The notes below the pieces were generated by a model. The model saw only the letters and a list, made by a program, of their open reading frames with translations, had not been told where the DNA came from and did no database searches. A program made the translations under genes and the position numbers. DNA of 64,000 bases from an uncultured Chloroflexia bacterium (GTDB lineage: Bacteria; Chloroflexota; Limnocylindria; Limnocylindrales; CSP1-4), in assembly GCA_963713285.1 (NCBI GenBank), contig CAVQLA010000008.1, positions 67,733-131,732 on the forward strand, read 5' to 3'. Below are positions 59,407 through 64,000 of the stretch, in pieces. The stretch's first letter is position 1, and each line of letters opens with the position of its first letter.

Positions 59407-59691
59407 ATGGTGCTCCGATCGGCGCTCCTCGCCCTCGCCGCCGTCCTGGCCCTGCTGGTCAGCCCCCGGGCAGCGCGGGCGGACGACTGCCTCGACGAGG
59501 CGACCCACCTCTTCGTCGGTGGTCACGAGGGTGCTCTCATCTCGACGAGCACGGGCGTGGCGGCCGATGCGGTGCCCAGGAACCCGACGCTCTGCACGCG
59601 CCAGGCCGGGCAGCCGCTCAGCGCCTACGAGAGCGCGTCAGCGGCCTGGGCGATGATCTACAGCACGGCCGATCCCTTCTACTACCACTAG
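59407..59691 (+). CDS. small secreted protein (94 aa, 2 Cys), hypothetical
   Basis: Signal peptide MVLRSALLALAAVLALLVSPRAARA with an AxA cleavage site. No known domain. Confidence 0.5.
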   Translation: MVLRSALLALAAVLALLVSPRAARADDCLDEATHLFVGGHEGALISTSTGVAADAVPRNPTLCTRQAGQPLSAYESASAAWAMIYSTADPFYYH

Positions 59692-59706
59692 GTCGGGTGG
59701 GCGAGA

Positions 59707-60141
59707 GTGCGTGGCGAGACCGCGGCGGTCTGGTTCTCGGAGTGGAACGACGGCTCCACTCCGACGACACGCAAGTCAACGTACTCTCCAACGTGGGGCA
59801 CCCGGTATCGCCTGGTGGTGCGATACACCACGCTCTGGAACAGGTACGTCCTGCTCGACTCGGACGGGTCCATGGTCTGGAACGCCCCCGACGACCCAAC
59901 CAGCCACTCGTGGTATCCGACCGACGCCACGTACGCAGCCGAGACCTGGAACCACGGGGACCGGACCCCCGGCACCTCCTCGCTCAAGGCGCGCCTTGAC
60001 ACCCTCCGCTGGTACGACGAGAACGGCGACATCGTCTACGCCTACATCCCGTCTGTTGACCGCTTCAACGACTACTCGTCGACCTACCACGCCTCGTGGG
60101 GTGCCGACTACCGCAGCTTCGACCTGTGGAGCGATCCATGA
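59707..60141 (+). CDS. hypothetical 144-aa Trp/Tyr/Asn/Thr-rich protein, lower GC than surroundings
   Basis: GTG start after GGGTGGGCGAGAG. ATGA overlap with lipoprotein copy 2. Rich in W/Y/N/T/S/D. No signal peptide. Confidence 0.5.
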   Translation: MRGETAAVWFSEWNDGSTPTTRKSTYSPTWGTRYRLVVRYTTLWNRYVLLDSDGSMVWNAPDDPTSHSWYPTDATYAAETWNHGDRTPGTSSLKARLDTLRWYDENGDIVYAYIPSVDRFNDYSSTYHASWGADYRSFDLWSDP

Positions 60142-60704
60142 TCACCTCCAGCACCCTCCGGCTCGCCACCGGCCTGGCGCTCCTCAGCGCCCTCCTCGCC
60201 GGGTGCGTGGCGCCGGCTGCGAGCCCGACGCCGGTGCCCTCGCCCGCAGGCTCGGCCACGGCCGCGCCGTCGCTGGCGACGACCCCGGCCGCCAGCCCCA
60301 CGCCCGATCTGCGGCCCGTCCCCCTCCCGCCCGGTGGCATCTACTCCGGAGAGGTCGTGGACCCGGCCCTCGCCACCCTGCCGCTCGAGGAGGCGCTTGC
60401 GATCGGCCGGGCCGTCCCGCCGCTTGCCCCGGAGAACAACTGGGTCGGAACGAACCCGGTCGCGCGCCTGATGACCCTCACCAACAGCCACCCGGAGGAC
60501 GGCTTCGGGCCGCTGCTTGCGTGGGTGATCGTGACGGACGACGCGCCGCCCTTCCGTGGCACCGGGCTCCCGACGACGAGCTCGCCCCCGCCGTACCTCG
60601 GCACGCTCTCCTGGACGATCGTCGGCATGGACGGCACCCTCCTCGACCAGGTCCAGGGGCGCTACTTCGTGCCGAACAGCCCGCCGCCGCTGCCGCGGGA
60701 CTGA
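60138..60704 (+). CDS. predicted lipoprotein (copy 2)
   Basis: Signal peptide with lipobox L-L-A-G-C. The 5' half is about 270 nt identical to copy 1 and the 3' half is diverged. Confidence 0.6.
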   Translation: MITSSTLRLATGLALLSALLAGCVAPAASPTPVPSPAGSATAAPSLATTPAASPTPDLRPVPLPPGGIYSGEVVDPALATLPLEEALAIGRAVPPLAPENNWVGTNPVARLMTLTNSHPEDGFGPLLAWVIVTDDAPPFRGTGLPTTSSPPPYLGTLSWTIVGMDGTLLDQVQGRYFVPNSPPPLPRD

Positions 60705-60712
60705 CTGCGCCC

Positions 60713-60765
60713 GGGCGTCTCGCGACGCCCGTCGGTGTCGGAGGGCCGCGACGCCGACCGTCGCG
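60713..60765 (+). terminator. two tandem GC-rich hairpins (GGGCGTC-tcgc-GACGCCC and CGCGACG-ccgac-CGTCGCG) after the lipoprotein cassette
   Basis: Perfect inverted repeats read directly. No U-tract, as is common in high-GC genomes. Confidence 0.45.
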
Positions 60766-61263
60766 CGGCAAGGGACGTTGTGGCCGGGGTACGGGTGCGC
60801 CCCTGCTCACGGCCGCGCCAGGGCCAACGGCAACCCGGGGAGTGGGGCGGCGTGACGGGCGCCGACGGCGGCCATACCGGGTCTCGCGCCAGTGAGGCTG
60901 GCGGGGACGGCGGCGTCCGTGCTCACGTCGCCCCCGGAAGTCGCGGTTCGACCGGCGACGTGAGCGTGCAGACCACCGATCCTGCCAGTGCGGCTGGCAT
61001 CGACCCGCGCACGGAGCCTGAGGTGCCCGTGGCCCTGGCAGTCCGGGCGCAATGCCAGCCCGGCTGGCGCGATGCCGAGTTCCGCGTCCCTCGGCGTCGA
61101 TGTGTCCCTGCGGCCCCCACGAGCGCCCGTCGGTTGACGAACCGGCAGGCGCGCCCCTACGATCCCGGCACCACATGACAGCCGAACCAGCAACGCCGGA
61201 CGACCGTCGCCCGGACCCCGAGCCCATCGCGCTCGCGGGTCGCCCCGTCCGCACCGCCCCGCG

Positions 61264-62703
61264 ATGACCCATCCCGTTGCCGTCGTGCTCGCCGGGGGGC
61301 TCGGCACGCGCATGAAATCCGGCACTCCCAAGCTCCTGCACCCCCTGTGCGGGCGCCCGATGCTGGCGTTCGTCCTGGACGCGGCCCGCGCGGCGACCGG
61401 TGCCGATCCCGTCGTGGTCGTCTCGCCGGCCACCGCCGCGGTGCGCGACGCGTTCCCCGCCGGCGTCATGTTCGCGCTCCAGGAGCGGCCGGACGGCACC
61501 GGCGACGCCCTCCGGGCCGGGCTGGCGGCCGTCCCGGTCGACGCCGACGAGATCGCCGTGATCAACGGCGACGTCCCCCTCCTCGAGGCCGACCTGGTCG
61601 CCGGCGTGCTCGCCCGCCGCCGCGAGGCCGGCGCGGCACTGGCCCTGGTCTCGTTCGAGACGTGGGAGCCGGGCCGGCTGGGCCGCGTGATCCGGACCGA
61701 CGACGGGGAGACGGTCGCGCGGATCGTGGAGGCCAGAGACGCGACCCCCGACGAGCTGGCCGTCGGCGAGGTCAACGCCGGGCTCTACGCCTTCGACGCT
61801 GCCTGGCTGCGCGGCGCGATCGGGCGCCTGACACCATCGCCGGCCACGGGGGAGCTCTATCTGACCCAGCTCGTCGACCTGGCCCGCGCCGACGGGCGCC
61901 CGGTGGTGGCCCTCGAGGCCGACGACGACGGGACGCTCGACGGGATCAACGACCGGGTCCAGCTGGCCGAGGCGACGGCGATGCTCCGCGAGCGGATCAA
62001 CGTCGCCTGGATGCGGGCCGGGGTCACGATGCTCGACCCGGCCACGGCCTACGTCGATGCCGACGTGGAGCTGGCCCCGGACGTCACCCTGGAGCCGAAC
62101 GTCATCCTGCGCGGCGGCACGCGAATCGGGGAGGGGACCGTCATCGGCGCCGGGAGCCAGGTCATCGACAGCGAGGTCGGCCCACGCTGCCGCGTGTGGG
62201 CCAGCGTCCTCGAGCGCTCCACGGTGGAGGAGGGGACCACCATCGGGCCCTTCAGCCACCTGCGCCCCGGCAGCTCGATCGGGCCGGGCGTCGAGATCGG
62301 CAACTACGCCGAGGTCAAGAACAGCCGCCTCGACGCGGGCGTGAAGCAGCACCACGTGAGCTACCTCGGCGACGCCCACCTGGGCGAGGGGACGAACGTG
62401 GGCGCCGGCACGATCACCGCCAACTACGACGGCGTCCGCAAGCACCGCACCGAGATCGGCAAGGGGGTCTTCCTGGGCGTCGACACGATGCTGCGCGCCC
62501 CGGTGACGCTCGGCGACGGGTCGAAGACCGGGGCGGGAGCCGTGGTCACGAGGGACGTCCCGCCCGGCAAGCTGGCGGTCGGGGTTCCCGCCCGGATCCG
62601 CGACCCGCGACCCGCCGCTGCGCCGGCGGACGGAGGCGCGGTCACAGCAGACCCGGTCGAACCGGCGGCGGACCCGTCACCTCCTCGGGAGGGAGCCTCC
62701 TGA
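61264..62703 (+). CDS. glmU: bifunctional UDP-N-acetylglucosamine pyrophosphorylase / glucosamine-1-phosphate N-acetyltransferase
   Basis: N-terminal LAGGLGTRMKS. C-terminal left-handed beta-helix hexapeptide repeats. Confidence 0.9.
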   Translation: MTHPVAVVLAGGLGTRMKSGTPKLLHPLCGRPMLAFVLDAARAATGADPVVVVSPATAAVRDAFPAGVMFALQERPDGTGDALRAGLAAVPVDADEIAVINGDVPLLEADLVAGVLARRREAGAALALVSFETWEPGRLGRVIRTDDGETVARIVEARDATPDELAVGEVNAGLYAFDAAWLRGAIGRLTPSPATGELYLTQLVDLARADGRPVVALEADDDGTLDGINDRVQLAEATAMLRERINVAWMRAGVTMLDPATAYVDADVELAPDVTLEPNVILRGGTRIGEGTVIGAGSQVIDSEVGPRCRVWASVLERSTVEEGTTIGPFSHLRPGSSIGPGVEIGNYAEVKNSRLDAGVKQHHVSYLGDAHLGEGTNVGAGTITANYDGVRKHRTEIGKGVFLGVDTMLRAPVTLGDGSKTGAGAVVTRDVPPGKLAVGVPARIRDPRPAAAPADGGAVTADPVEPAADPSPPREGAS

Positions 62704-64000
62704 TGGGTTCTCTCACCGAGATCCTCATCGTCATCGGCCTGACGCTGCTGGCCGGCATCTTCGTGGCGGCCGAGATCGCCCTGGTCTCGATCCGGAGGAG
62801 CCGCGTCGAGCAGCTGGTGGACGAGCGGCATCGCGGCGCCGCCCGGGTGCGCCATCTTGTCGAGGATCCCGCCCGGTTCCTGGCCGTCATCCAGATCGCC
62901 ATCACGTTCATCGGCTTCCTCTCGTCGGCCGTGGCCGCCGTGGCCCTCACGACCGGCCTCGCCGAGCTGATCGGGAACATCGAGTGGCTGAAGGGCAGCG
63001 CGGAGGCCATCGCGCTGGTGATCGTCACGGTCCTCGTCTCACTCTTCTCGATCGTCGTCGGCGAGCTGGTCCCGAAGGCGCTCGCCCTCGCGTTTCCCGA
63101 CCGCACCGCCCTCCTGCTCGCCGGTCCCGTGGACATCCTCGGCCGGCTCCTCGCGCCGGTCGTCGCCGTCCTCACCGGCCTGACTCGCCTGATCGTCCGG
63201 CCCTTCGGGGCCGACGTGACGAAGGAGGCCCAGATCACCGCCGAGGAGCTCAAGCTCATCGTCGAGCGCGGGGGCGACGAGGGTGTCCTCGAAGCGGAGG
63301 AGGAGCAGATGATCCACGCGGTCATCGAGCTCGGGGAGCGCCGCGTGCACGAGGTGATGGTCCCCCGCATCGACATCGTGGGGATCGAGGCGGACTCCGA
63401 CCTCGAGACCGCCGTCGACCGGATCATCGCCGGGGGCCACAGCCGGCTCCCGGCCTGGGAGGGGTCCGTCGACGAGGTGGTGGGGATCCTGTACGCGAAG
63501 GACCTCCTGCCGATCCTGAAGGCCGACTCCGGCGAGCGACCCACCGTCCGGGCCCTCCTCCGGCCCCCCGTCTTCGTCCCGGAGTCGATGTCGATCGACG
63601 ACCTCCTCCACGAGTTCCAGCGGCGCAAGGTTCATCTCGCGATCGTGGGCGACGAGTACGGCGGCACCGCCGGCCTCGTCACGATCGAGGATCTTCTCGA
63701 GGAGATCGTCGGCGAGATCCAGGACGAGTACGACGCGGAAGAGGAGATGGTCGTCCGTCTCGACGACGGCCGGGTCCGCTTCGACGGGCGGGCGTCGGTC
63801 GACGAGCTCGAGGAGGCCTGGGACGACCTGGACCTCGACGAGCTCCTCGAGGACCGCGACGAGTACGACACGATCGGCGGCCTGGTCTTCCACCGGATCG
63901 GCGGCGTGCCGAAGCCGGGCGACGTGGTCGAGCTCGAGAGCCTCACGATCACGGTCGAGTCGACGGACGGGCGCCGGGTGTCGAAGGTGCTCGTGACCCG
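62703..64000 (+). CDS. CNNM/CorC-HlyC family membrane protein (DUF21 + CBS pair + CorC_HlyC), 3' truncated by window end
   Basis: Not in the ORF track because there is no stop before the window end. N-terminal TM helices, CBS pair (HEVMVPRIDIVGIEAD..., HLAIVGDEYGGTAGLVTIEDLLEEIVGEI), C-terminal transporter-associated domain. ATG overlaps the glmU stop (TGATG). Confidence 0.75.
   Translation, partial: MGSLTEILIVIGLTLLAGIFVAAEIALVSIRRSRVEQLVDERHRGAARVRHLVEDPARFLAVIQIAITFIGFLSSAVAAVALTTGLAELIGNIEWLKGSAEAIALVIVTVLVSLFSIVVGELVPKALALAFPDRTALLLAGPVDILGRLLAPVVAVLTGLTRLIVRPFGADVTKEAQITAEELKLIVERGGDEGVLEAEEEQMIHAVIELGERRVHEVMVPRIDIVGIEADSDLETAVDRIIAGGHSRLPAWEGSVDEVVGILYAKDLLPILKADSGERPTVRALLRPPVFVPESMSIDDLLHEFQRRKVHLAIVGDEYGGTAGLVTIEDLLEEIVGEIQDEYDAEEEMVVRLDDGRVRFDGRASVDELEEAWDDLDLDELLEDRDEYDTIGGLVFHRIGGVPKPGDVVELESLTITVESTDGRRVSKVLVT

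Noticed and set aside
59697-59999. 100-aa alternative-frame ORF overlapping the W/Y-rich gene
   Set aside because: It shares the region with the 59707 frame. The latter has the SD, the ATGA coupling to the lipoprotein gene, and a paralogous relic elsewhere.
60735-61178. 147-aa + ORF in the glmU upstream region
   Set aside because: Arg/Gly/Pro-rich with no motifs, no RBS and poor codon periodicity. The region is more likely non-coding.
60771-61263. Housekeeping ncRNA (RNase P, SRP, tmRNA, 6S) in the glmU upstream gap
   Set aside because: Conserved cores were not found: no AGGAAAGUCCGGGCUCC, no GGUCCGGAAGGAAGCAGC, no tRNA-like 3' end.

Overview
This 64-kb window is about 72% GC and contains no confident coding gene on the minus strand. 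Every called gene is on the + strand, and many adjacent genes overlap by 1-8 nt (GTGA/ATGA start-stop overlaps), which is typical of tightly coupled core operons. The long minus-strand ORFs in the six-frame track are high-GC antisense artefacts. In order the window holds: yacL-like PIN/TRAM (5' partial), a bifunctional ispDF, cysS, and a TrmH/RlmB-type rRNA methyltransferase with a long Arg/Gly/Pro-rich repeat-containing N-terminal region. A near-consensus promoter then drives tRNA-Thr(TGT), tRNA-Tyr(GTA), tRNA-Thr(GGT), tuf copy 1, rpmG, tRNA-Trp, secE, nusG, rplK, rplA, rplJ, rplL, rpoB, rpoC, rpsL, rpsG, fusA and tuf copy 2. The complete S10/spc/alpha ribosomal-protein operons follow (rpsJ through rplQ, including secY, adk, map, infA, rpmJ and rpoA), then truA, rplM and rpsI. 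After these come a TPR protein, the c-di-AMP operon cdaA-cdaR-glmM, glmS, acpS, an NAD(P)HX dehydratase and alr. A four-gene insertion (macro-domain protein plus three hypotheticals) separates alr from the t6A cluster tsaE-tsaB-rimI-tsaD, which is followed by rsmA, ispE and ridA. A small lower-GC accessory cassette with two paralogous lipoprotein genes flanking two small unknown genes comes next, then glmU and a 3'-truncated CorC/HlyC-family (DUF21-CBS) membrane protein. The two things most worth a second look are the untypeable macro-domain-led four-gene operon wedged into the otherwise conserved alr-tsaE junction, and the duplicated, mosaic lipoprotein cassette. Smaller oddities are an apparent +1 frameshift near the 3' end of rpoC, two identical tuf copies with a sharp gene-conversion boundary, an L24 with a C-terminal C4 zinc ribbon, and perfect in-frame tandem duplications in rplO and at the rplK stop codon. 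Taxonomic placement is tentative: gene order mixes actinobacterial-type (rplM-rpsI-glmM...alr-tsaEBD), Firmicutes-type (yacL-ispDF-cysS, cdaA-cdaR-glmM) and Thermus/Chloroflexi-like traits (tuf-rpmG-tRNATrp-secE, beta-prime of about 1500 aa), so I suggest a deep-branching high-GC Terrabacteria lineage.
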